A DNA stretch of 64,000 nt, taken from Mobula hypostoma. Taxonomy: Eukaryota. The notes under the pieces were generated by a model that made no database searches, was not told the origin of the DNA, and was given only the letters and a program-made list of their open reading frames with translations. Below, one piece after another: positions 51,562 through 64,000 of the stretch; the first letter of the stretch is position 1; every line of letters begins with the position of its first letter. Where the stretch lies: positions 4,836,001 to 4,900,000 of the forward strand of contig NC_086098.1 of the NCBI RefSeq assembly GCF_963921235.1, in the 5' to 3' direction. Position numbers and translations under genes: made by a program.

Positions 51562-51737
51562 CTGTATATCCACCCACGTGCCAGAACGGATAGCCTCCTC
51601 TACTGAAGCCTCCACTTGATCCACAATGGTCTGGTCAACACACACCGCTTTCAATACGGTCATTGATGCCGATTTGTATCGCTTCTTTATATAACTCACT
51701 GGGTCTGGGATTCCCAGCCGAGACAGAGTATCGAATT
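51562..51737 (-). CDS. UFL1: UFL1 coding exon (~exon 9), 176 nt
   Basis: [22 protein letters not shown]...[21 protein letters not shown]. Acceptor ttctag, donor CAG|gtactg, phase 1/0. Confidence 0.95.
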
Positions 51738-52329
51738 CTAGAACAGAGGACACAAAAAATAATCTCCTTGAAAGAACAATGTTGTATCCAAAATTAACCT
51801 CTCTGTTTTATATAATAAAGTTTAAAGTAAATTTATTATCAAAGTACATGTATGTCACCATATACCACCCTGAGATTCATTTTTAAAATTTACAGGCATT
51901 TAGAATAATAGAAAAGCACAGCTCACAAAGAGGGCCCTTTGGCCCATCTAGTCCATGCCAAAGCATTTAAATTGTCCACTCCCATTGATAGGCACTGGGA
52001 CCATAGCCCTCCTTTTCCCTACTATCCATGTATCCCGCTTGTGCAGGTGTAGCACTTAGATGGTGGAACCAGTTCAGTGCTGAGGTGAATCAAGTTATCC
52101 CCACTGGATCAGGAACCTGAGGCTGTTGTTGGAAGTGAGGGAGGAGATTGCTGAACCTCTGACAACATCGTTCTTGAAATGTCTGGGGCAATCATATTGA
52201 AGAGAGTTGCATGTGCAGTTTGGAATAATTCTTCATCAAGAGTAATTTGAAAAATGCACCAAAGTGGTATAAAAATGAAATTCCAGTAGTGTTAAAAGAC
52301 AACTGTCTACCGTGGTCATGTGGCAATCA

Positions 52330-52745
52330 TATTAACCAGCAGTCAGCCGCATTGTGATTACTTGAATCGAGTATGCTCTCCGAAAGGGTTGTCTATTATT
52401 GGCAAACACCGATGCGTGACTTCATTTAACGTGGGGAGGTTGATGCACAGGCAGCCACCACACGGTCCTGGACAGAACCAAGTCAGGGTCCAGAGGCATG
52501 GTGTGTAAAATGACTGGGAACCCATCACTGCTGCAGCCTTCCTCCGCCTTCACTCCCACTGCGATGTGTCATCATCTTTTGCAAGTTCCGCCGCTGAGGT
52601 CTTGGTTGTCTGGACTCTCCCCACCTCCTGACCTTTCCATCAAGGAGCCAATTGTCAGAAGGATAAACTCCAGGGGGCATTGCTCTCAGGATGTCAGGAA
52701 CTCACAAGCTTCTCCATCACGATAAGGTGACGATCCTCGGAGGAT
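52330..52745 (-). mobile_element. RTE-clade 5'-end-derived non-autonomous repeat
   Basis: Minus strand GGATCGTCACCTTATCGTGATGGAGAAGCTTG resembles recalled Expander/Bov-B 5' ends. Confidence 0.45.
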
Positions 52746-52888
52746 GCATACAGGACCAACTATGGGTGCATGCTATTTGTGAATCTGATTCCCACACTTG
52801 TTTACGGGTACTCTCCAATTCAGACACCTCCACAGTTTCTTTTAGTGTGACCATCTTAAAGCTATGCATGACATTATTAGTTAGGTTT

Positions 52889-55800
52889 TAGAAACATAGA
52901 AAACCTTCATCACAATACAGTCCCTTTGGCCCACAACGCTGTGCCGAACATGTATTTACTTTAGAAATTACCTCAGGTTACCCATAGCCCTCTTATTTTT
53001 CTAAGCTCCCTGTATCTATCCAAGAGTCTCTTAAAAGACCCTATTGTATCCGCCTCCACCACCACTGCCGGCAGCCCATTCCACGCACTCGCCACTCTGT
53101 GCAAAAACACTTACCCCTGACATCTCCTCTGTACCTACTTCCAAGTATGTTAAAACTGTGCCCTCTCGTGCTACCCATTGGAAAAAAGCCTCTGTCTATC
53201 CATATGATCAATGCCTCTCATTATCTTGTACACCTCTATCAGGTCATCTCTCATCCTCCGTCGCTCCAAGGAGAAAAGGCCAAGTTCACTCAACCTATTC
53301 TCATAAGGCATGCTCCCCAATCCAGGCAACATCCTTGTAAATCTCCTCTGCACCCTTTCTATGGTTTCCACGTCCTTCCTGTAGTGAGGTGAACAGAAAT
53401 AAGGACAGTACTCCAAGTGGGGTCTGACCAGGATCCTATATAGCTCTAATATTACCTCTCGGCTCTTGAACTCAATCCCATGCCTGATGAAGGCCAATAC
53501 ACCATATGCCTTCTTAACCACAGAGTCAACCTGCGCAGCAGCTTTGAGTGTCCCATGGACTCGGACTCCAAGATCCCTCTGATCCTCCACACTGCCAAGA
53601 GTCTTACCATTAATACTATATTCTGCCATCATATTTGACCTACCAAAATGAACCACCTCACACTTATCTGGGTTGAACTCCATCTGTCACTTTTCAGCCC
53701 AGTTTTGCATCCTATCAATGTCCCGCTGTAACCTCTGACAGACCTCCAAACGATCTACAACACCCCCAACTTTTCTGTAATCAGCAAATTTACTAACCCA
53801 TCCTTCCGCTTCCTCATCCGGGTCATTTGTAAAAATCACGAAGAGAAGGGGTCCCAGAACAGAGGCATGCCACTGGTGACCGACCTCCATGCAGAATATG
53901 ACCCATCTACAACCACTCTTTGCCTGCTGTGGGCAAGCCAATTCTGGATCCACAAAGCAAGGTCCCCTTGGATCCCATGCCTCCTTACTTTCTCAACAAA
54001 TCTTACCATAGAACCATAGAAACTACAGCACAGAAACAGGCCTTTTGGCCCTTCTTGGCTGTGCCGAACCATTTTCTGCCTAGTCCCACTGACCTGCACA
54101 CGGACCATATCCCTCCATACACCTCCCATCCATGTATCTGTCCAATTTATTCTTAAATGTTAAAAAAGAACCCACATTTACCACCTCGTCTGGCAGCTCA
54201 TTCCATACTCCCACCACTCTGTGTGGAGAAGCCCCCTCTAATGTTCCCTTTAAACTTTCCCCCCCTCACCCTTAACCCATGTCCTCTGGTTTTTTTCTCC
54301 CCTTGCCTCAGTGGAAAAAGCCTGCTTGCATTCACTCTATCTATACCCATCATAATTTTATATACCTCTATCAAATCTCCCCTCATTCTTCTACGCTCCA
54401 GGGAATAAAGTCCTAACCTATAAACCTTTCTCTGTAACTGAGTTTCTCAAGTCCCGCCAACATCCTTGTAAACCTTCTCTGCACTCTTTCAACCTTATTT
54501 ATATCCTTCCTGTAACTTGGTGCCCAAAACTGAACACAATACTCCAGATTCGGCCTCACCAATGCCTTATACAACCTCATCATAACATTCCAGCTCTTAT
54601 ACTCAATACTTTGATTAATAAAGGCCAGTGTACCAAAAGCTCTCTTTACGACCCTATCTACCTGTGATGCCACTTTTAGGGAATTTTGTATCTGTAATCC
54701 CAGATCCCTCTGTTCCACTGCACTCCTCAGTGCCTTACCATTAACCCTGTATGTTCTACCTTGGTTTGTCCTTCCAACATGCAATTACTCACACTTGTAT
54801 GTATTAAACTCCATCTGCCATTTTTCAGCCCATTTTTCCAGCTGGTCCAAGTCCCTCTGCAGGCTCTGAAAACCTTCCTCACTGTCTACTACACCTCCAA
54901 TCTTTGTATCATCAGCAAATTTGCTGATCCAATTTATCACATTATCATCCAGATCATTGATATAGATGACAAATAACAATGGACCCAGCACTGATCCCTG
55001 TGGCACACCACTAGTCACAGGCCTCCACTCGGAGAAGCAATTCTCTACTACCACTCTTTGGCTTCTTCCATCGAGCCAATGTCTAATCCAATTTACCACC
55101 TCTCCATGTATACCTAGCAATTGAATTTTCCTAACTAACCTCCCATGCGGGACCTTGTCAAAGGCCTTTCTGAAGTCCATGCAGACAACATCCACTGCCT
55201 TCCCTTCATCCACTTTCCTGGTAACCTCCTCGAAAAACTCCAACAGATTGGTCAAACGTGACCTACCACGCACAAAGCCATGTTGACTCTTCCTAATAAG
55301 TCCCTGTCTATCCAACTGCTTGTAGATTCTGTCTCTTAGTACTCCCTCCAATAACTTACCTACTACCAACGTTAAACTTACTGGCCTATAATTTCCCGGA
55401 TTACTTTTCGATCCTTTTTTAAATAACGGAACAGCATGAGCCACTCTCCAATCCTCCGGCTCCTCACCTGCAGACAGCAACATTTTAAATATTTCTGCCA
55501 GGGCTCCCGCAATTTCAACACTAGTCTCCTTCAAGGTCCGAGGGAACACCCTGTCAGGTCCCGGGGATTTATCGACTTTAATTTTCCTCAAGACAGCAAG
55601 ACCTCCTCCTTTTCAATCTGTACAGTTTCCATGAGCTCACTACTTGTTTCCCTTAATTCCATAGACTTCATGCCAGTTTCCTTAGTAAATACATACGCAA
55701 AAAACCTATTCAAGATCTCCCCCATTTCCTTTGGTTCCGCACATAGCCGACCACTCTGATGTTCAAGAGGACCAATTTTATCCCTTACAATCCTTTTGCT

Positions 55801-56346
55801 CTTAATATACCTGTAAAAGCTCTTTGGATTATCCTTCACTTTGACTGCCAAGTCAAGGCTAATCTTGCATGGGGTACCTTATCAAATGCCTTGCTGAAAT
55901 CCATATACACTACATCTACTGCTCTACCTTCATCAATGCGTTTAGTCACATCCTCAGAAAATTCAATGAGGCTCGTAAGGCACGACCTACCTTTGACAAA
56001 ACCATGCTGACTATTCCTAATCATATTATGCCTCTCCAAATGCTCATAAATACTGCCTCTCAGGATCTTCTCCATCAACTTACCAACCACTGAAGTAAGA
56101 CTCACTGGTCTATAACTTCCTGGGCTACCTCAACTCCCTTTCTTAAATAAGGGAACAACCTCCAATCCTCCGGAACCTTTCCCGTCACCATTGATGATGT
56201 AAAGATTATTGCCAGAGACTCAGTAATCTCCTCTCTTGCCTCCCACAGTAGCCTGGGGTATATCTTGTCTGGTCTTGGTGACTTATCTAACTTAATGCCT
56301 TCCAAAAGCTCCAGCACATCCTCTTTCTTAATGCCTATATGCTCAA
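52889..56346 (-). mobile_element. CR1 fragment with a younger CR1 nested at ~54005-55855
   Basis: Host ORFs 53171..53683 and 55836..56105. Nested ORFs 54785..55591 and 54413..54784, which have their own tail. Flanking aatctt is duplicated. Confidence 0.9.
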
Positions 56347-56853
56347 TTTAATGTCTACATGCCAATATTTTTTAAATTGTTCTTTCTAAATATAGAGACC
56401 AGCAACAATTTCCAGCTCAGTATTTTAATTTCAAATATCATATCTTTTGTTTGAAATTCTGGAAATTCAACTTTTATCTGATAAGTAAAATATCTAGCAC
56501 AACATTTGGCAGTTGAACAAGAACAACTAAAATTCTGTGAAGGGCCATGGTAAAAAAAATAGAACCTTTTGTTCCTGATTAAAACCGTCCAGTAGTGTAG
56601 TAGCTAGCGTTAATGCTTTACCGCACCAGTGACCGTTATTTAATTCCCACCACTATCTATAAGGAGTTCCTATGTTCTCCCCTTGACTAAGTGTGTCTCT
56701 GCAGAGGGCACCGGTTATCCTTCCACATCCCAAAAGACCTACATTATGGTTAGTAAATTGTGGGCATGCTATATTGTGAACACTTGCAGGCTGCCCCCAG
56801 TATCGTGTATCCTTGGTCTATATTGGTCGTTGACGTAAATGACACATTTCAAT

Positions 56854-57081
56854 CAACATCAAAGTTGCTGGTGAACGCAGCAGGTCAGGCAGCATCTCTA
56901 GGAAGAGGTACAGTCGACATTTTGGGCCGAGACCCTTCGTCAGGACGAAGAGTCTTGACGAAGGGTCTCGGCCCGAAACATCGACTGTACCTCTTCCTCG
57001 AGATGCTGCCCGGCCTGCTGCATTCTTCAGCAACTTTGATGTGTGTTGCTTGAGTTTCCAGCATCTGCAGAATTCCTCGTG
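56854..57081. mobile_element. Palindromic pLTR-like insert with two divergent hammerhead motifs, 14-bp TSD, inside a V-SINE
   Basis: 91-bp inverted arms 56856-56946 / 56952-57042 around a 5-nt loop. TSD tgacac(a/g)tttcaat at 56840-56853 / 57082-57095. Confidence 0.8.
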
Positions 57082-57366
57082 TGACACGTTTCAATGTACG
57101 CTTCAATGTACATGTGACAAATAAAGCTAATCATTGGTTGCTGCTCACCTTTAAACAAATCTGCTGACATTTTATAAGGTAATTAAGACACCACAAAACT
57201 GTTCAGCTCAAATTAAATGCCAGCTACTAAAGACAGATTTACATACGATTCTACAGAAAGAAATATAGTGGTTGATTTCCAGCTACAACTATAAATATGC
57301 AAAAATATAAAGTGTTATGATTTGGTTGTCACACATGACTAATCTTCGTGATTTTACCAAATGAAA

Positions 57367-59525
57367 ACATAAGACATACGAGCAGAATTAGGCCATTTGG
57401 CCCATCGATTCTGCTCCGCCATGCAATCATGGCTGATCCTTTCTCCCCTCTCCTCAGTCCCACTCCCCAGCCTTCTCCCCATAACCTTTGAAGCCATGTC
57501 CAATCAAGAACCTGTTAAGCTCTGGCTTAAATACACCCAACGACCTGGCCTCCACAGTTGTATGTGGCAACAAATTCCACAAACTCACCACCCTCTGGCA
57601 AAAGAAATTTCTCAACATTTCTGTTTTAAATGGACGCCCATGAGACTGTGTCCTCTTGTCCTGGACTTACCCACCATGGGAAACTTCTTTTCCACATCTA
57701 CTCTCTCTAGGCCTTTCAATATTCAAAAGTTTCAATGAGATACCCTCTCATCCATCTGAATTCTAGCGAGTACAGTCCCAGAGCTATCAAACGTTCCTCA
57801 TACGATAACCCTTGCATTCCTGGAATCATCTTTGTGAGTCTCCACTGCGCACCCCCCTCCCCCCGCCCAATGCCAGCACATCTTTTTTAGATAAGGAGCT
57901 CAAAACTGTTCACAATACTCAAGGTGAATCTACACCAGTGCCTTATAAAGCCTCAGCATCACATCCCTAGTCTTGTATTCTAGACCTCTTGAAATGAATG
58001 CTAACATTGCATTAGCCTTCCTCACCACTGACTCAGCCTGCAAGTTCACCTTCAGGGTGTTCTGCACAAGGACTCACAAGTCCCTTTCCATTCCAGATTT
58101 TTGGATTTTCCCCTTGTTTTGAAAATAGCCTGTATATTTATTTCTACTACCAAAGTGCATGACCATGCATTTTCCAACATTGTATTTCATTTGCCACTCT
58201 CTTGCTCATTCTCCTAATCTGTCCAAGTCCTTCTGCAGCCTACCCGCTTCCTCAAACGACCTGCACATCCACCAATCTTTGTATCATCTGCAAACTTGGC
58301 AACAAAGCCATCTATTCCATCATCTAAATCATTTAAAGACAGCATAAAAAGAAGTGGTTCCAACACCGACCCCTGCAGAACACCACTAGTCAATGGCAGC
58401 CAAACAGAAAAGAATCCTTTTACTCCCACTCGCTGCCTTCTTCCAATCAGCCAATGCTCCAATCATGTTCGTAACTTCCCTGTAATATCATGGGCTCTTA
58501 ATTCGGTAAGCAGCCTTATGTGTGGCATCTTGACAAAGGCCTTCTGAAAGTCCAAATATACAACATCCACTGCACTCACTTTATCTATCCTACGTGTAAT
58601 TTCCTCAAAGAATTCCAACAGGTTTGTCAGGCAGGACTTTCCCTTAAGGAAACCATGTTGACTTTGTCCTATCTTGTCCTGTGTCACCAAGTACTCCATA
58701 ACCTCATCCTTAACAAATGACTCTAACATCTTCCCAACCACTGAGGTCAGGCTAACTGGTCTATAATTTCCTTTCTGCTGCCTTCCTCCTTTCTTAAAGA
58801 GTGGAGTGGCATCTGCAATTTTCCAGTCCTCTGGCACCATGCCAGAGTCCAGTGATTATTGAAAGATCATTGCTAATGTCTCCACAATATATACCGCTAC
58901 CTCTTTCAGACCCCTAGGGTGCAGTTTACCTGGTCCAGGTAACTTGTGTACCCTTAGTTCTTTCAGCTTTCTGAGCACCTTCTCCCTTGTAATAGTAACT
59001 GCACTCACTTCTTTTCCTTCACACCCTTCAACATCTGGCATAGTGTTAGTATCTTCCACAGCAAAGAATGATGCAAAATACTCATTTAGTTCATCGGCCA
59101 CCTCCTTAGTCCCCCTTATTATTTCCCTGGTTGATTTTCTAGTGATCCTATATCCACCCTCATCTCTCTTTTATTTTTTTCAAAACATACTTGAAAAAGC
59201 TTTTACTATCTACTTTGATATTGTTTGTTGGCTTGCTTTCATATTTCACCTTTGCCCTCCTAACGATTCTTTTAGTTGCTCTCTGTAAGTTTTTAAGAGC
59301 TTCCCAATCCTCTGTCTTCCCACTAATTTATGCTTCATTGTATACCGTCTCTTTTGCCAGCATCTCCTTACAATTTACTTTGGCCAACTCCTCTCTCATA
59401 CTTTTACAATTTCCTTCACTTCACTGAATTAGTGCTACAACAGACTTGATTTTCTCCCTATCAAATGTCAAGTTGAACTCAATTACACTGTGATCACTGC
59501 CTTCTAAGGTTTCTTTTACCTTACG
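57367..59525 (-). mobile_element. CR1 ORF2 degenerate fragment
   Basis: YLDFQKAF, GVLQGSVLEP and KFADDTKIG motifs. Confidence 0.88.
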
Positions 59526-59594
59526 CTTCGTATTTATATCCTATAATCTGCCTGTCTTTGCTTTTTTTTTTACCATCTGTCCTATGCTGAATTT

Positions 59595-60510
59595 CTTCAC
59601 TCCAGTTCCCACCCCCTGCAAAATTAGTTTAAACCCTCTCCAGCAGCCCTACCAAATCTGCCTGCGAGAATATTGGTTCCCCTCGGGTTCAGGTGCAACC
59701 TGCCTCAGAAGCGATGGCAATGATCCAAGAACCTGAAGGCTTGCCCCTTGTACCAGTTTCTCAGCCATGCATTAATTTGCTAAATCATTCTATTTCTACC
59801 CTCACTAACGCGCGTCAAGGGCAGCAATTCAGAAATTACTACCCAGGAGGTCCTGCTTTCTGCCTAGTTCTCTAAATTCTCTTTTCAGGACCTCTTTGCT
59901 TTTCCTTCCTAGGTCAATGGTACCAATATGCATCGAAACATCTGGCTTCTCTCCCTCCCTCTCTAAAATGTTGTGGACACGATCCAAGACGTCTCTGACC
60001 CTGGCACCTGGGAGGCAACATACCATTCAGGTGTCCCATTCACATCTACAGAATCTCTTGTCTGTTCCCCTCACTATCGAGTCCCCTATAATGACCACTC
60101 CCTTCTTCTCTCTCTTTCCCTTCTGCACCACGGACGCATGCTCAGTGCCAGTTACCAGTCTCTGTGGCATTGCCCTGGGAGCTCATCCCCCATAACAGTA
60201 TCCAAAGTTGTATACTTATTATTGAGGGGAGTGGCCACAGTGGTGCTCTGTGCTAATTGCCTATTACATTTCCATCTCTCCTGACAGTCATGCAGCTACT
60301 CACCTCCTGAAACTTTGGGCTGACTACTTTCCTGTAACTCTGACTATCTCCTCACTCTCCCATACATGCTGAAGGCCATCCAGCTCCTGCACCAGATCCG
60401 TAACACAGTTTTCAAGGAGCTGCAGCTGGATGCATTTCACACAGATGCAGTTCCCTGGGACACTGGCTCTCCCAGGACTCCAACATCTGCCATGAAGAAC
60501 ACACAATGGC
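59595..60510 (-). mobile_element. CR1 ORF1 remnant (zinc finger/leucine zipper and SGNH esterase)
   Basis: VPGNCICVKCIQLQLLENCVTDL and VCCLPGARVRDV...HIGTIDLGR. Confidence 0.75.
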
Positions 60511-60737
60511 CATTTACTAAACTAGGTACAGAAAGAGGAAAAGAAACGGGAACCCTAACAAACGCTTACTGAGACCCAATGTCTCGTTCAAGCCCAAGCT
60601 TCCTTTGAGCCAAAGCCTGACCTTCTCTCACCACTGGTCTACTCCCAACAATAGCCGCCCACTTTGTCTCTTCTGTACTTTTAAACAAGCGTCGCCAACC
60701 TGCGAGAAACATTACTGCTGTTCAGAGATAACGAGGT

Positions 60738-62472
60738 ACATAGAACATAGAATAGTACAGCACAGTACAGGCCCTTTGGCCCACAATGTTGTGCCGACCC
60801 TCAAACCCTGCCTCCCATATAACCCCCCAACTTAAATTCCTCCATATACCTGTCCAGTAGTCTCTTAAACTTCACTAGTGTATCTGCCTCCACCACTGAC
60901 TCAGGCAGTGCATTCCACGCACCAACCACTCTCTGAGTAAAAAACCTTCCTCTAATATCCCCCTTCAACTTCCCACCCCTTACCTTAAAGCCATGTCCTC
61001 TTGTATTGAGCAGTGCTGCCCTGGGGAAGGGGCGCTGGCTGTCCACTCTATCTATTCCTCTTATTATCTTGTATACCTCTATCATGTCTCTTCTCATCCT
61101 CCTTCTCTCCAAAGAGTAAAGCCCTAGCTCCCTTAATCTCTGATCATAATGCATACTCTCTAAACCAGGCAGCATCCTGGTAAATCTCCTTTGTACCCTT
61201 TCCAATGCTTCTACATCCTTCCTATAGTGAGGCAACCAGTACTGGACACAGTACTCCAAGTGTGGCCTAACCAGAGTTTTATAGAGCTGCATCATTACAT
61301 CGCGACTCTGTCCCTCGACTTATGAAAGCTAATACCCCATAAGCTTTCTTAACTACCCTATCCACCTGTGAGGCAACTTTCAGGGATCTGTGGACATATA
61401 CCCCCAGATCCCTCTGCTCCTCCACACTACCAAGTATCCTACCATTTACTTTGTACTCTGCCTTGGAGTTTGTCCTTCCAAAGTGTACCACCTCACACTT
61501 CTCCGGGTTGAACTCCATCTGCCACTTCTCAGCTCACTTCTGCATCCTATCAACGTCTCTCTGCAATCTTCGACAATCCTCTACACTATCCACAATACCA
61601 CCAACCTTTGTATCGTCTGCAAACTTCTACCCTTCTACCCCCACATCCAGGTCGTTAATAAAAATCACGAAAAGTACAGGTCCCAAAACTGATCATTGTG
61701 GGACACCACTAGTCACAATCCTCCAATCCGAATGTACTCAATGAACCTTTGCTTTCTGCAGGCAGGCCAATTCTGAATCCACCTGGCCAAACTTCCCTGG
61801 ATCCCATGTCTTCTGACTTTCTGGATAAGCCTACCGTGTGGAACCTTGTCAAATGCCTTACTAAAATCCATATAGATCACATCCACTGCACTACCCTCAT
61901 CTATATGCCTGGTCACCACCTCAAAGCAGTCTATCAGGCTTGTTAGACATGATCTGCCCTTCACAAAGCCATGCTGACTGTCCCTGATCAGACCATGATT
62001 CTCTAAATGCCCATAGATCCTATCTCTAAGAATCTTTTCCAACAGCTTTCCCACCACAGACGTAAGGCTCACTGGTCTATAATTACCCGGACTATCCCTA
62101 CTACCTTTTTTGAACAAGGGGACAACATTCGCCTCCCTCCAATCCTCCGGTACCATTCCCACGGACAATGAGGACATGAAGATCCTAACCAGAGGCTCAG
62201 CAATCTCTTCCCTCGCCTTGTGGAGCAGCCTGGGGAATATTTCGTCAGGCCCCAGGGGCTTAATCTGTCCTAATGTATTTTATCAACTCTAACACCTCCT
62301 CTCCCTTAATATCAACATGCTCCAGAACATCAACCACACTCATATTGTCCTCGTCATCATCAAGTTCCCTCTCATTGGTGAATACCGAAGAGAAGTATTC
62401 ATTGAGGGCCTCACTCACTTCCACTGCCTCCAGGCACATCTTCCCACCTTTATCTCTAATCGGTCCTACCTT
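60738..62472 (-). mobile_element. CR1 ORF2 3' half
   Basis: ORFs 60801..61295, 61279..61518 and 61713..62177 carry RT motifs. Same subfamily as 40057-40517. Confidence 0.9.
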
Positions 62473-63253
62473 CAGGTAGAAACATGCCTACTGGTTGCAA
62501 ACACTAAATATGTGATAATCCTGTTGACTTAAGCAACAATTCTGCAAAGCTAACTTTTAATGCATGCAGTTGTGAGCAATGTTCCCTCTAATTTGTAATA
62601 ACCAGTGTACACAAAAATCTTGTGCTGTGCAATTTTCTGCCCAGCGACATGTGCGTACCGAGTAATTTCTTCAATAAAAACAGCATAAATAAGCCAGTTC
62701 TAAAATCTGCACACATATCTTAAACACCATGTTGTCAATACCGTCCGTATCAGAAGCTGGAACAGGAAACATGATTAATGTATGATCCTAAAATATACTT
62801 AACACACCAATGAGGTAGAAAATGAGGTAGGTTTAAATTGTTTTGTATTTATTTCGCGATACAGTGCAGAGAAGGCCCTTCCGGCCCTTTGAGCTGAGTG
62901 CCCCCGCCCTGGCAACCCCCGATTGAACCCTGACCTAATCACAGGGTAATTTACAATGACCAATTAACCTACCCGGTACATTACCGGACTGTGGCAGGAA
63001 ACTGGAACACCCAGAGGAAACCCACACATCCCAGGGGGAAGATGTACAGAGAATACCAGAACTGAACTCCAAACTCTGATGCCCCAAGATGTAATAGCAT
63101 CGCGCTGACCGCTACACTACTATGGCACCCAAATGATCACTTCAAGTTTGGACCACTGTGAATCAAATGCAAAAATGATTTAAAATATGCAATTACAAAT
63201 AACTTCTATATCTAAGGTAAAGTTAATTAATAATGAAACGTTACAACAGTTAC

Positions 63254-63400
63254 CCAAATAGCCGTTTTGCTTGTAAAATGAATCGACCCAGTTATTTTGA
63301 GTTCTGGAATATATATCAGGGACGTAGACGGCCTTGTCCTGTCTGCCACCAATCACTGCTCCATTCAAACGACCGATACTAATGAACTCTTCAAGAAAAG
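63254..63400 (-). CDS. UFL1: UFL1 coding exon (~human exon 8), 147 nt
   Basis: Translates [48 protein letters not shown], matching recalled human UFL1 [24 protein letters not shown]. Acceptor tttttacag, donor G|gtaac, phase 1/1. Confidence 0.95.
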
Positions 63401-64000
63401 CTGTAAAAATAGTAATCCACACCAGAAATGACTTGGAGAAAAATTAGTAGTATTTCATAATTTCAGCTGTAAGACATAAAAACCCAGCAAAACTATATAC
63501 AGATGAACAAAATAGCTATCTTCTGCAATCTTAAAGTTCAAAGTAAATTTATTATCAAAGTACATACATGTCACCACATACAAATGAGATTCATATTCAA
63601 TAAATCTATACTTGGGCATTCAACCAGTGTGCAAGACAACAAACTGTGCAAATACAAAAATAAAGAAATAATAATAATAATAAGCAATAAATATCAACAA
63701 CATGAGATAAAGAGTCCTTAAAAATAAGTCCCTAGGTTGCGGGAACAGTTCAGTGATGGGGCACGTGGAGTTAAGTTATTCCCTTTGGTTCAAGTGCTTG
63801 ACAGTTGAGAGGTAGTAACTTCCTGAACCTGGTGGTGAGAGTCCTGAGGCTCCGGATGGCATCAGTGAGAAGAGGGTATGTCCTGGGTGGTGGTGGCAGG
63901 GGAGGTCCCTAATGATGGAGGCTGCTTTCCTGTGACAGTGTTTCATGCTCAATGGAGGGGAGGGCTGTACCTGTAATGGACTAGGCTGTATCCACTACTT

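Noticed and set aside
1..64000. CRISPR array or prokaryotic system; strand bias of CR1 copies
   Set aside because: There is no repeat-spacer array or operon structure, and the DNA is intron-exon eukaryotic sequence. CR1 copies occur on both strands in numbers too small to claim a bias.

Overview
Eukaryotic, repeat-dense vertebrate genomic DNA. The CR1-rich content and HE1/V-SINE-like repeats suggest a cartilaginous fish such as a ray (inference). The whole window lies inside one minus-strand gene, UFL1 (E3 UFM1-protein ligase 1). I traced ten consecutive coding exons (1330 nt, probably human-equivalent exons 8-17) with GT-AG sites and consistent phases; both gene ends lie outside the window. 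The introns hold many CR1 LINE fragments, Rex1/Babar LINE fragments, an R4/Dong-type fragment, V-SINE and RTE-derived SINEs, Tc1 and hAT relics, a decayed Mag-like Gypsy element and solo LTRs. Most long ORFs in the track are transposon-derived. Three things stand out. (1) A dispersed family of short, TSD-flanked, often palindromic inserts carries minimal hammerhead-ribozyme motifs, in two cases back-to-back. (2) A young, structurally complete Gmr1-like LTR element has an intact SCAN-capsid gag and a catalytically dead PR-IN-RT mosaic ORF that is still stop-free. (3) Similar CR1 copies in inverted orientation bracket UFL1 exons 9-17. Boundaries of old repeats are approximate.
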